From Caulobacteraceae bacterium (lineage in GTDB: Bacteria; Pseudomonadota; Alphaproteobacteria; Caulobacterales; Caulobacteraceae), in the NCBI GenBank assembly GCA_036511515.1, contig DATCCB010000076.1, positions 2,482 to 66,481 of the forward strand: a DNA stretch of 64,000 nucleotides, in the 5' to 3' direction. The notes beneath the pieces are model-generated. The model had not been told where the DNA came from and made no database searches. It saw only the letters and a program-made list of their open reading frames with translations. Positions within the stretch are counted from its first letter, which is position 1. Every line of letters begins with the position of its first letter. Shown here in pieces: positions 1 through 8,848 of this stretch. The position numbers were made by a program, and so were the translations under genes.

Positions 1-641
1 GAACCGGGGCGGCGCGAATCGTGGTTTGCCCGACCTACTATTCGGACGATCCCGGACTCGACCGGGCTTTCGGGGCCCGCCCGGACGGCTATCTCGAGCG
101 TTTCGGCGCCGCGCTCGACCCGGCCATCGACATCTTCTGGACCGGAGAGGAAGTCTGTTCGCGCGAGTACTCTCCCGGCCACCTGGAACGCGTCGCGCGC
201 CAGCTGCGCCGAAAACCGATGCTGTGGGACAACTACCCGGTGAACGACGGGCCGATCATGGGCCAGTCGCTGCACCTGCGCGCCTTCACCGGCCGTCCGG
301 CGGCTATCGGCGCCCACCTTTCCGGCCACGCGGTCAATCCGGCGCTGCAGCCGGTGTTGAGCCGCATCCCGGCCATCACACTGGCCGAAAGCTACGCCAT
401 GGCGGGCGAATACCAGTATGGAGCGGCCTTCGAGCGCGCGGCCATCGAGGTGCTGGGTCCGGACCTTGCCCGCACCGTGCGTCGCCATCTTTCCCTTCTT
501 CAGAACACCGGTCTGGACCGGCTGGGCGACGCGGCCGCGCGCCTGCGCCAACGCTACGCGGCCGTCGATCACGATGGCGCGCGCGAGATTGTCGCCTGGC
601 TTGACGGCGCCTACCAGATCGATCCCGCGGAAATGGAGTGA
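1..641 (+). CDS. GH84 beta-N-acetylglucosaminidase (O-GlcNAcase-like), 5'-truncated by window edge
   Basis: Motifs CPTYY, IFWTG..VCS and RKPMLWDNYPVND are typical of the C-terminal half of the GH84 barrel; the frame is open to the window start. Confidence 0.85.
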   Translation, partial: TGAARIVVCPTYYSDDPGLDRAFGARPDGYLERFGAALDPAIDIFWTGEEVCSREYSPGHLERVARQLRRKPMLWDNYPVNDGPIMGQSLHLRAFTGRPAAIGAHLSGHAVNPALQPVLSRIPAITLAESYAMAGEYQYGAAFERAAIEVLGPDLARTVRRHLSLLQNTGLDRLGDAAARLRQRYAAVDHDGAREIVAWLDGAYQIDPAEME

Positions 642-652
642 GGAGCCCCGCG

Positions 653-1855
653 ATGAAGCTGGATCCGCCTTGCGACCCTTCCGTCACGGCGCGACACGCG
701 CCGCGACACCTTCCCCGCTTCGCGGGGCAGGAGTTAGGACAATCCTCACCCGCGAAGCGGGGGAGGGGGACCGCCCGCGAAGCGGGGGGTGGAGGGGGCG
801 CGACGCTCCCCGCTTCCTTGTATTGCGATCCTGCGGTGTGGACGCTTGAGCGCACCTCGATCTTCGCGCGCAGCTGGCAGTTTTTCGGCCACGAGAGCGC
901 CCTGGCCGACCCGGGCTGCTGGGTCGCCCGCACCATCGCCGGCTATCGGTTGTTCGTGCTTCGCGATGATGAGGGAAGCTTGCGAGGGTTTCACGATGTC
1001 TGTCGCCACCGTGCCGGGCCACTGACCCTGGGCGAAAGCGGACGCTGCGAAGGGGACATCGTCTGCCGCTATCACGGCTGGCGCTACGCCTATGACGGGC
1101 GGCTCAAGGCGGCGCGGGATTTCGGTCCGGCGGCGGATTTCGATGTCAGGGAGTTTGGCCTGTTCCCTGTCGGCGTCGAGACATGGCGCGGCCTTGTGTT
1201 CGTGGCCATGGCCGGCGATCAGGGCCCGCTTGCGGCATGGACGGCGCCGCTCGAAGCGCGGCTCGCGGGCGCCGAGTGGAGCGATCTTGGCGTCGCCCTG
1301 ACGCGCAGCCACACTCTGGCCTGCAACTGGAAGACCTATGTCGAAAACTATCTCGAGGGCTATCACGTGCCGCTGGTCCACCCCGGCCTGGACGCCGAGA
1401 TCGACTCCAGCCGCTACGCCGTGCGCGTGGAAGGAAGGGTCGCGCTGCATGATGCGCCGCTGCGCAACGCCGGGGCCGTCTACGGTGGTCTTTGGGGCTG
1501 GCTCTGGCCCAATCTCGGCGTCAACGTCTATGGCCGCGGGCTGATGCTTGAATGCATTTCGCCGCAGGGCGCGGCTATGACGCGGCTGGACTACATCTAC
1601 CTGATGCCGCGAGACGAAACGGTCGATGCCGCGACCCTGGCGATGAGCGATCAGGTGACCGCCGAAGACATCGAGATCGTCGAGCGCGTCCAGGAAAATC
1701 TCGATGCGGGCATCTATCAGGCAGGACGACTGTCTCCCCGCCACGAGGGTGCGCTCGCCGCCTTTCAGGCCATGGTGCGAGACGCGCTCAGCCGTCAGTC
1801 CTCAGCAGACGTCGCACGCGAAGGGAAATTCGCTCAACCCCCCGATCGACGCTGA
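653..1855 (+). CDS. Rieske aromatic ring-hydroxylating oxygenase alpha subunit (choline monooxygenase-like)
   Basis: Rieske ligands CRH...CRYHGW; mononuclear Fe motif NWKTYVENYLEGYHVPLVH; GAGGAG RBS at 640-645 before ATG 653. Confidence 0.9.
   Translation: MKLDPPCDPSVTARHAPRHLPRFAGQELGQSSPAKRGRGTAREAGGGGGATLPASLYCDPAVWTLERTSIFARSWQFFGHESALADPGCWVARTIAGYRLFVLRDDEGSLRGFHDVCRHRAGPLTLGESGRCEGDIVCRYHGWRYAYDGRLKAARDFGPAADFDVREFGLFPVGVETWRGLVFVAMAGDQGPLAAWTAPLEARLAGAEWSDLGVALTRSHTLACNWKTYVENYLEGYHVPLVHPGLDAEIDSSRYAVRVEGRVALHDAPLRNAGAVYGGLWGWLWPNLGVNVYGRGLMLECISPQGAAMTRLDYIYLMPRDETVDAATLAMSDQVTAEDIEIVERVQENLDAGIYQAGRLSPRHEGALAAFQAMVRDALSRQSSADVAREGKFAQPPDRR
670..803. repeat. CIR-like palindromic repeat (family A, copy 1), inside the Rieske CDS
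   Basis: Closely similar to 15351-15490 and to the reverse copy at 50207-50313; terminal inverted ends (CCCTTCC...GGAGGGGG) and internal hairpins. Confidence 0.85.
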
Positions 1856-2222
1856 ACACGGCGTCGTCGAAGTCCGGTCCACGCACATGTAGCGGCGCAT
1901 TGTTGGAAAAGCCGATGGCCTCCTTGGGGATGCCGAATAGCCCCTGGTGAACGACGCCCCCACCCGTCTCGTCATGGAACGCCTGGGCTGCGTAGACGCC
2001 TGGAGGCACGCCGGCGATGGTGACGACGGTCGCGCCGGGCCTGGCGTCGGCGTCGCCATGATAGGGGCAGTCGCCCTTGAGAAAGGTCGCCTGGGTGCAA
2101 AGGTCGACATGCACGCGGCCGTTGGCGTTGCGCACGCCATTGACGGCGACCTCGACCACGGCGGCATTGGCGACGCCGGCCATCAGCGCGATCAGCAGGG
2201 CTGTCGAGACAAGGGTTCGCAT
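1788..2222 (-). CDS. DUF2141 family secreted protein
   Basis: Signal peptide (MRTLVSTALLIALMAGVANA); PGVYAAQAFHDE and GLFGIPKEAIGFSNNA motifs. Confidence 0.85.
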   Translation of the reverse strand: MRTLVSTALLIALMAGVANAAVVEVAVNGVRNANGRVHVDLCTQATFLKGDCPYHGDADARPGATVVTIAGVPPGVYAAQAFHDETGGGVVHQGLFGIPKEAIGFSNNAPLHVRGPDFDDAVFSVDRGVERISLRVRRLLRTDG

Positions 2223-2290
2223 GGCGGGCATTTCCGGCGCCGGCTATCGGCTCATCGCGGCGGTTTTACGGCTCGCGGCGGCCGGCTGGA

Positions 2291-5200
2291 TCAGTCGAGG
2301 CGCAGGGTGGCGATCTGAAACGGGTGCAAAGGCAATGCCAGAGCGCCGTTCTCGAGGGCCAGCGGCATGACCTTGTCTTCGAGTGTGTTGCTGAGCCACG
2401 CCGCCGTCACGGGGACGCCAAAAGAGATTTCGGCGGTGACGTGGCCGCCGCAGCTTTCGTAGAGGCGCACCAGCCAGCTATCGCCATCCTCGGCCGGCTT
2501 GATGGTGTCGATGACCACCCGGGCCGGACTGGCGACGGCCAGGGGCGTGCGCAGGATCGCCGCTGGCGGCCCCGGCGCCCATAAGAGCGGCCGGTTGAAG
2601 CGCGCCGCTTCGCCGACCGTGCCGGCGGTCCGCCAGTCGCCGGCGTGCGGGAAGAGGGCGTAGCTGAACCGATGTTCGCCGACATCCGCCAGGGGATCGG
2701 GCGAGGTCGTCCCGCGGACCAGGCTCAGGGCCATCTGGTTTCCGAAGGTCGAAAAGCCGTAGCGCGAATCGCTGAGCAGGGAGACGCCAAAGCCGTGTTC
2801 GGAGAGGTCCGCCCAGCGGTGGCCGGGGACCTCGAACTGGGCCAGATCGGCGTCGGTGTTGGCGTGCGTGGGTCGTGCGACGGCGCCGAACATGGTCTCG
2901 TACGTGGCCTTCGTCGAACTGCAGGCGATCGGAAACACCGCCTTGACCAGGGTGCGCCGCTCGCGCCAGTCGATCAGGGTCGAAAACTCGAGGCGGTCGG
3001 CGCCGGCGTCGAGGCGCACGGTCTGGACCATGCGGCTGGCGGTCCCGAGGCGGCGTTCGAAGCGGATCTCGGCCCGTAGGGGGCCGCTCGATACAACTTC
3101 GGTTGTATGGGCGCCGGGGGCATCGCGCGCGGTTTCCAGGGCGAAGGGATCGATGTCCCAGGCCTCGTATTCGGTTGGCCGGTCATCGAAGACGACGATG
3201 CGGTTGCCGTCGCCGGCCATGGCTTCCCGCCCCGTCGCCTGATGAACAAGGGAGCGCAGCGCGCCCCCGGCGGTGAACGTTGCACTGAGCCGCCCGTTGT
3301 CCAGGCCGTATCGACCTTCGGCGTCCGTTGAGAGCGTGACGCGCTCCCCCGACGTGGCGATTTCGCCGGCGCAGAATGGCTGGGCGATGACGAACTGGAG
3401 CTCTCCGGCCGGGTCCAGAGCGATCTCCGCGCGGGGAAAGCCCGTGGTGTTGACAGGATGCGCGCCGGCCGGCGCCTCAGACGCCGACAGGCCATCGAGC
3501 AGGTCCCGCGCAAGAGCCTGGGCGTCGTCGGCGAGTTCGCCCAGCTCGCGCTCGGTGCGCTCATAGACCTCGCGGATGCCGCTGCCGGGCAGGATGTCGT
3601 GGAACTGGTTGACCAGCAGCGTGCGCCACAGGGCTTCCACAGTCTCGCGGCTCGGCGCCGTTTGCCCGCAAAGCCCGCTGGCCGCCGAGAGAAAGTCGAG
3701 GTCTTGCAGACGCCCCTCGACCAGCCGGTTCAAACGCTTGACCCGCGCCTGGCTGGTGTAGGTGCCGCGGTGGTATTCGAAATAGAGTTCGCCCTCGATC
3801 GCGGCCAGGTCGGCTGCGTTTGCCTCAAGGCGTTCGAAAAAGGCGTCCGGCGTGCGGATGGCGCTGCGCGGGACGCCTTGCAGGTCGCCGGCGCGCGCCA
3901 GGGCTTCGATCATGCCGGCGTTGGCCCCCCCGCCGCCGTCGCCGTAGCCGAACAAATAATAGGCGTCGGCCGAGCGGTCGGCGTCCTTGTAGTTGGCCGC
4001 GTGGTAGCGAAGCTCGGCCATGCTGGCCATGCCATTGTAGGTGTCGGCTGGCGGGAAGTGGGTCAACACCGCGCTGCCGTCGATGCCGCGCCAGTGGAAG
4101 CTGTGGTGAGGCGGCGTGGTGAAGCGGTTCCACGACAGCTTCTGGGTCAGAAACCGGGTCATGCCGGCCTCGCGCATCAGCTGTGGCAGCTGGCCGGCGT
4201 AGCCGAACACGTCGGGGTTCCAGAACACGGTCGATCGGGCGCCGAACGCGCGCTCGAAATAGCGCTGGCCATAGAGGAACTGGCGGCAGATCGACTCGCC
4301 CGACGGCAGGTTGCAGTCCGGTTCGACCCAGCTGCCGCCGATGGGGATCCACTGGCCGGCGGCGACCTTGGCCTTGATCCGCGCGAAGAGGTCGGGGTCG
4401 GTCTCTTCGATCACCGCGTACTGATAGGCCTGCGAACAGGCGAACTTGAACGCCGGATAGTCGTCCATCAGCGCCACGGCGGTGGAAAAGCTGCGCTGGC
4501 ACTTTCGCCGCGTTTCCTCGATCGGCCATAGCCATGCGGTGTCGATGTGGGCGTGGCCGACCGCGGAAAGCTCGTGGGTCACCGTCGCATTGCACGAGCC
4601 GAGCAGGGTTTGCAGGATCGTCTTTCCGACCGGCCAGGTAGTGGGGTCTTCGGGTTCCAGGACATTGCACACGCGGTTGAGTTCGTGCAGCAGGCGCCCG
4701 GCCCAGGTCGTATCCAGGGCCGGGCGGACGATCTTCGGCGCCACCCCGCCGGCCGACATCGGCGTCTGCGGCGGCGCGCGGTCGGCCTCGAGCTGGCGCA
4801 GCGCCTCGAAGTCGTGGAAGAGGGCCCAGGCGGCCGGATCGAACCGGCGAAGTTCGCAGGCCGCCAGCCGGTAAGGCTGGGCCCTCGAGCCCGGCAAGGT
4901 CGGATCGTCGGACGAGCCGAATTCGCGGTTGCACGCCGCCTCGATGGTGAAGTTGAGGCTCTCGCCCCCGGCCGCCTCGGCGGTCAGCCGCGCGGTGTGC
5001 CGGCCGACGTTCAAGCCCTGCGCCGAGCGGCCGTCCAGCCACAGCATCGCCTCGGTCCGCGAGTCCCAGAAAAGATCGACGCGCGCGCCCCGCCAATCTT
5101 CGGGAACCGTTGCCGCCACTCTGAACCAAAAGGTCGCCCATTGCGGGCCAAGCCCCTGGCCGAGCGCGACGGGCTGGTAGTCGAGCGCCTCGGCCTCGGC

Positions 5201-5371
5201 CAAGGTGATTCGGTCGGTCGGCCCGGCTATCTCGATCCGCGAAACCGAAGTGCGCTCCGGATAGATCGCCTTGGCGAGGCGCCGGGCGAACTGGCGCAGC
5301 CGCTCGCGGGTATAGGTTGGATACCGCCCTCGAACCCGGGCGATGTCGGCGGCTGACTCACTCACGGTCAC
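2291..5371 (-). CDS. GH38 alpha-mannosidase (cytosolic/Man2C1-like)
   Basis: GHAHIDTAWLWP, GGSWVEPDCN, PDVFGY nucleophile, GELYFEYHRGTYTSQ, NQFHDILPGS. Confidence 0.93.
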   Translation of the reverse strand: MTVSESAADIARVRGRYPTYTRERLRQFARRLAKAIYPERTSVSRIEIAGPTDRITLAEAEALDYQPVALGQGLGPQWATFWFRVAATVPEDWRGARVDLFWDSRTEAMLWLDGRSAQGLNVGRHTARLTAEAAGGESLNFTIEAACNREFGSSDDPTLPGSRAQPYRLAACELRRFDPAAWALFHDFEALRQLEADRAPPQTPMSAGGVAPKIVRPALDTTWAGRLLHELNRVCNVLEPEDPTTWPVGKTILQTLLGSCNATVTHELSAVGHAHIDTAWLWPIEETRRKCQRSFSTAVALMDDYPAFKFACSQAYQYAVIEETDPDLFARIKAKVAAGQWIPIGGSWVEPDCNLPSGESICRQFLYGQRYFERAFGARSTVFWNPDVFGYAGQLPQLMREAGMTRFLTQKLSWNRFTTPPHHSFHWRGIDGSAVLTHFPPADTYNGMASMAELRYHAANYKDADRSADAYYLFGYGDGGGGANAGMIEALARAGDLQGVPRSAIRTPDAFFERLEANAADLAAIEGELYFEYHRGTYTSQARVKRLNRLVEGRLQDLDFLSAASGLCGQTAPSRETVEALWRTLLVNQFHDILPGSGIREVYERTERELGELADDAQALARDLLDGLSASEAPAGAHPVNTTGFPRAEIALDPAGELQFVIAQPFCAGEIATSGERVTLSTDAEGRYGLDNGRLSATFTAGGALRSLVHQATGREAMAGDGNRIVVFDDRPTEYEAWDIDPFALETARDAPGAHTTEVVSSGPLRAEIRFERRLGTASRMVQTVRLDAGADRLEFSTLIDWRERRTLVKAVFPIACSSTKATYETMFGAVARPTHANTDADLAQFEVPGHRWADLSEHGFGVSLLSDSRYGFSTFGNQMALSLVRGTTSPDPLADVGEHRFSYALFPHAGDWRTAGTVGEAARFNRPLLWAPGPPAAILRTPLAVASPARVVIDTIKPAEDGDSWLVRLYESCGGHVTAEISFGVPVTAAWLSNTLEDKVMPLALENGALALPLHPFQIATLRLD

Positions 5372-5396
5372 CTCAAGTGTTCATCTTTGTCCGCGG

Positions 5397-5499
5397 CCGG
5401 AGCGCGGGCTTCCAGCCCGCTTCTCTCGTGAAGAACTCCCATGGAGAGCCGCTTGCTATTCCTATCCGCGGCAAGGGCGGGCTGGAAGCCCGCGTTCCG
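5397..5499. repeat. Inverted pair of GGAG-type REP-like elements (family B, copy 1)
   Basis: GGAGCGCGGGCTTCCAGCCCGC ... GCGGGCTGGAAGCCCGCGTTCC; the same unit occurs at 55224-55287. Confidence 0.85.
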
Positions 5500-5758
5500 A
5501 ATGAGGGGTTAGAACGGCTCACGGAGCGGTCCAAATCCCCGCCTTCTCGGCGGCGACGTCAGCCTTCCAGCGCGCCAACAGATCGACCGGCGGCGCCACC
5601 GCGATGTCCGAGATAAGACTGTCGATGAACGCCACGAAGCCGCCAGCAAAGGCGCCGCGGCGCAGCCCACCGGTTTACGGGCCCAGGGCCCTGGGATAGC
5701 ATGTGCCCCTACGGCAAGGGGGACAACACGGCAAACACGTCCTCGCCAGGAGGAATCC

Positions 5759-6058
5759 ATGAAAAGGCTATCAATCCTGAAATTGGCGACGATTGCATGC
5801 GCGGCGCTGGGTCTGGGGGCGTCCTATGGCTCCGGCTCGGGCAGCGGCACGGGCAAGGTCGGCGCCCAGACGGCGCACATGTCGGGGACCACGGCCCCCG
5901 CTCCTTGCGCTAACGGCAACCATATTGTGGCGATGCGCAAAGCCGGGGGAGACCCGCAGTCGACGCACCGACAGGCTCAGGCAGGCCACGACTGCGCCTT
6001 CCACACCCTCACCCCTGGCGCGCACAAACTGAACCCGCAACCGCTTCCGCCAGGATAG
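5759..6058 (+). CDS. Small secreted hypothetical protein ending in LNPQPLPPG
   Basis: AGGAGG RBS, signal-peptide-like N-terminus (MKRLSILKLATIACAALGLGA), GS-rich linker. Confidence 0.7.
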   Translation: MKRLSILKLATIACAALGLGASYGSGSGSGTGKVGAQTAHMSGTTAPAPCANGNHIVAMRKAGGDPQSTHRQAQAGHDCAFHTLTPGAHKLNPQPLPPG

Positions 6059-6147
6059 GCCGCGGGCGGCGGCCGGGCCCATTGGGCCTTCCTGGCTGAC
6101 ACGACCGCCGATTGCCTTTGGGTGGACTGTCGGACCATCATCCGCCG

Positions 6148-7662
6148 ATGGCCGCGCCGCTCAATGTCCTGCTGATCACCGCCGACCAGTGGCGGGGCGA
6201 TTGCCTATCCGCGGTCGGCCACCCGATGGTCAGGACGCCGAACCTTGACGCCCTGGCGGCGGACGGGGTGCTCTTCACCCGCCACTTCGCCAATACGGCC
6301 CCGTGCGGGCCCAGTCGCGCCTCGCTGCATACCGGCCTCTATCAGCACAACCACCGGTCGGTGACCAACGGCGCGCCGCTCGATGCGCGCCACAGCAACT
6401 GGGCGCTGGAGGCGGCAAGGGTTGGCTACGATCCGGTGCTGTTCGGCTACACCGATACCAGCGCCGACCCGCGCGGGCTCGCGCCGGACGATCCGCGACT
6501 TTTTACTTACGAGGGTCCGCTGCCAGGGATCCGCGAAGTTTGCCCTCTGGATGGCCGGCCCAAGGCCTGGACCGACTGGCTGAACGCACAGGGCTACCAG
6601 ACCCCTGCCAACATCGCGCTTGCCTATGGCTACCGCGCCCCGGGCCCGGAATACGAGCAGGGCGCAGCCCATCCCAAGCCGTCGGCATGGCCCGTGGAGG
6701 TCGACGATACGGCGTTCCTCACCGGGCGCCTGATCGACTATCTGCGGGAGGCCAAGGGACCGTTCGTCGCCCACCTGTCGCTCCTGCGCCCGCACCCGCC
6801 GTGGGTGGCGCCGGAACCTTACAACGCCCTTTACGACCCGATGGGCGTGCCCGGATTCGCCCGTCGCGAGACGCCGGAAGTGGAAAGCGAGCAGCACCCC
6901 TGGCTGGCCATGCGGCTGGCGCGTCCGGGCATGCGCGCGCCGGCTGACGACAAGCGCCTGCGGCGACTCAAGGCGGTCTATTTTGGCCTGATCAGCCGTG
7001 TAGATGCGGAAATCGGCCGGCTGATGGACTTTCTGCGCCAAAGCGGACTGATCGACCGTACACTGATCATCTTCACATCCGACCACGGCGAGGAGCTGGG
7101 CGACCACTGGCTGCTCGGCAAGGGCGGATATTTCGACGGCTCCTATCACATCCCGCTGATCGTCCGCGATCCGCGTCGGGAGGCCTCCGGACGGCGTGGG
7201 ACCCGGGTTTCTCGTTTCACCGAGCACGTCGACATCGTGCCGACGCTGCTGGAGGCGATCGGCGCGAAGGTCCCCCGCCAATGCGACGGCGTGAGCCTGG
7301 CGCCGTTCATCACCGGCGAGGACGCGCCCTCTGTATGGCGCGACGCGGCGCACTGGGAATACGATTTTCGCGATGACGCAAGCTCATCGACGAGCGATGC
7401 CCAGGGTCCCGCCGCCGACCAATGCGCGATGACCATCCTGCGCGGCGGGCGGTTCAAATATGTGCACTTCGCCAACCTCGCGCCGCTGCTGTTCGATCTG
7501 GAGGCCGACCCCCACGAGATGACCGATCTGGCCGGCGACCCGGCGCACGCGACCACGGTTCTGGCCTGCGTCCAGGCCCTGCTTTCCTGGCGGATGACCC
7601 ACGAGGATCGCACGCTCTCCCACCTGGCGCTGACTTCAAAGGGTGTGGTTGAGCGGTCCTGA
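6148..7662 (+). CDS. Phosphonate monoester hydrolase / phosphodiesterase (sulfatase, alkaline-phosphatase superfamily; PehA-like)
   Basis: NVLLITADQWRGD; formylglycine motif CGPSRAS; GYDPVLFGYTDT; TSDHGEELGDH..LGK. Confidence 0.85.
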   Translation: MAAPLNVLLITADQWRGDCLSAVGHPMVRTPNLDALAADGVLFTRHFANTAPCGPSRASLHTGLYQHNHRSVTNGAPLDARHSNWALEAARVGYDPVLFGYTDTSADPRGLAPDDPRLFTYEGPLPGIREVCPLDGRPKAWTDWLNAQGYQTPANIALAYGYRAPGPEYEQGAAHPKPSAWPVEVDDTAFLTGRLIDYLREAKGPFVAHLSLLRPHPPWVAPEPYNALYDPMGVPGFARRETPEVESEQHPWLAMRLARPGMRAPADDKRLRRLKAVYFGLISRVDAEIGRLMDFLRQSGLIDRTLIIFTSDHGEELGDHWLLGKGGYFDGSYHIPLIVRDPRREASGRRGTRVSRFTEHVDIVPTLLEAIGAKVPRQCDGVSLAPFITGEDAPSVWRDAAHWEYDFRDDASSSTSDAQGPAADQCAMTILRGGRFKYVHFANLAPLLFDLEADPHEMTDLAGDPAHATTVLACVQALLSWRMTHEDRTLSHLALTSKGVVERS

Positions 7663-7696
7663 AAGATGCATCTTCTCCCGCGGGGGCGGGAAGAGT

Positions 7697-8674
7697 TCAA
7701 ACCCGCGTCAGCTTGCCGGTTTTCGCCGATTCGCCGGCGGCTTCAGCGAGGGCCAGCGCGGCAATGGCGTCGGCTATGCCCACCAGCGGCGTGGCGCCTG
7801 CGAGCACCTCGGCAAAGTGGTCGAGTTCGCGGCGGTAGGCGTCCCGATAGCGATCCAGGAAAAAGTTTTCGAGGGGCGCCGACCGCGCGCCGGCCTCATC
7901 CCAACGTTCGACGGTGGATTGGCAAACGTTGCCGGCGCGCAGCATGCCGCCTGAACCGAAGACTTCGATGCGCTGGTCATAGCCATAGCCGCTGCGGCGG
8001 CTGTTGCTGATCGTGCACAGGCGCCCCGACGGGGTGCGCATGAGCGTCCTTGCGGTATCGACATCCCCGGCCGCGCCGATGGCGGGCTCGATCAGGCACG
8101 ACGCGGACGCGAACACCTCGTGGGGCTCTTCGCCCAGCAGCCAGCGGGCCATGTCGAAATCGTGGATGGTCATATCCTTGAACAGGCCGCCGCTTCTGGC
8201 GATGTAGGCCGGCGGTGGCGGCGCGGGATCGTGGCTGACGATGTGGAGGCTCTCAAGGGCGCCGATATCGCCGGCTTTCAACGCCGTCTCGAGGGCCGCG
8301 AAATGGGGATCGAATCGCCGATTGAACCCCACTAGCAGCCGTGCGCCCGCCAGATCGGCGCCCGCCGCCCGCGCGCGGCTAAGGTCGAGATCGATAGGCT
8401 TTTCGCACAGCACCGCCTTGCCGGCTGCGGCGCACCGGCGGACATGCTCGAGGTGATCGCCGGTCGGGCTGGCGACAATCACGCCGGCGATAGAGGCGTC
8501 CGCGAGCACGGCCTCCAGGGCGCCCTGCCGAGCGTCCGTCTTCTGGGCCAAGGCGCCGGCCGCATGCGGATCGGGATCGACGATGATCGCGAGCTCCAGC
8601 CTTGCATTGGCGGCGGCGTTGAGGCCGTGAATGGCGCCGATGCGGCCGGCGCCCAAGAGGGCGATCTTGAACAT
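7697..8674 (-). CDS. iolG: myo-inositol 2-dehydrogenase
   Basis: GAGRIG, CEKP, GFNRRFDP, SGGLFKDMTIHDFD, YGYDQRIEVFGS; divergent from iolD. Confidence 0.9.
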   Translation of the reverse strand: MFKIALLGAGRIGAIHGLNAAANARLELAIIVDPDPHAAGALAQKTDARQGALEAVLADASIAGVIVASPTGDHLEHVRRCAAAGKAVLCEKPIDLDLSRARAAGADLAGARLLVGFNRRFDPHFAALETALKAGDIGALESLHIVSHDPAPPPPAYIARSGGLFKDMTIHDFDMARWLLGEEPHEVFASASCLIEPAIGAAGDVDTARTLMRTPSGRLCTISNSRRSGYGYDQRIEVFGSGGMLRAGNVCQSTVERWDEAGARSAPLENFFLDRYRDAYRRELDHFAEVLAGATPLVGIADAIAALALAEAAGESAKTGKLTRV

Positions 8675-8848
8675 ATAACAGCCTCTCGAAGGTCGGAGGA
8701 CCGTCGCCCCTTGGGGTAGAATGCGGCCCGACGGGCCGGCTGAGGGGTTGACGGGCGTTTCCGCGAAGGCGTTGCTATAGCATGGCAGGCGCCGCTCGAC
8801 CCCTCATCCGCCGGTGCGGCGTGGCCGCGGGCCAGTGCGCGGCCTGAC

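Noticed and set aside
1788-1855. 68-nt convergent overlap between the Rieske and DUF2141 genes
   Set aside because: Likely simple stop-codon drift; common in GC-rich genomes.
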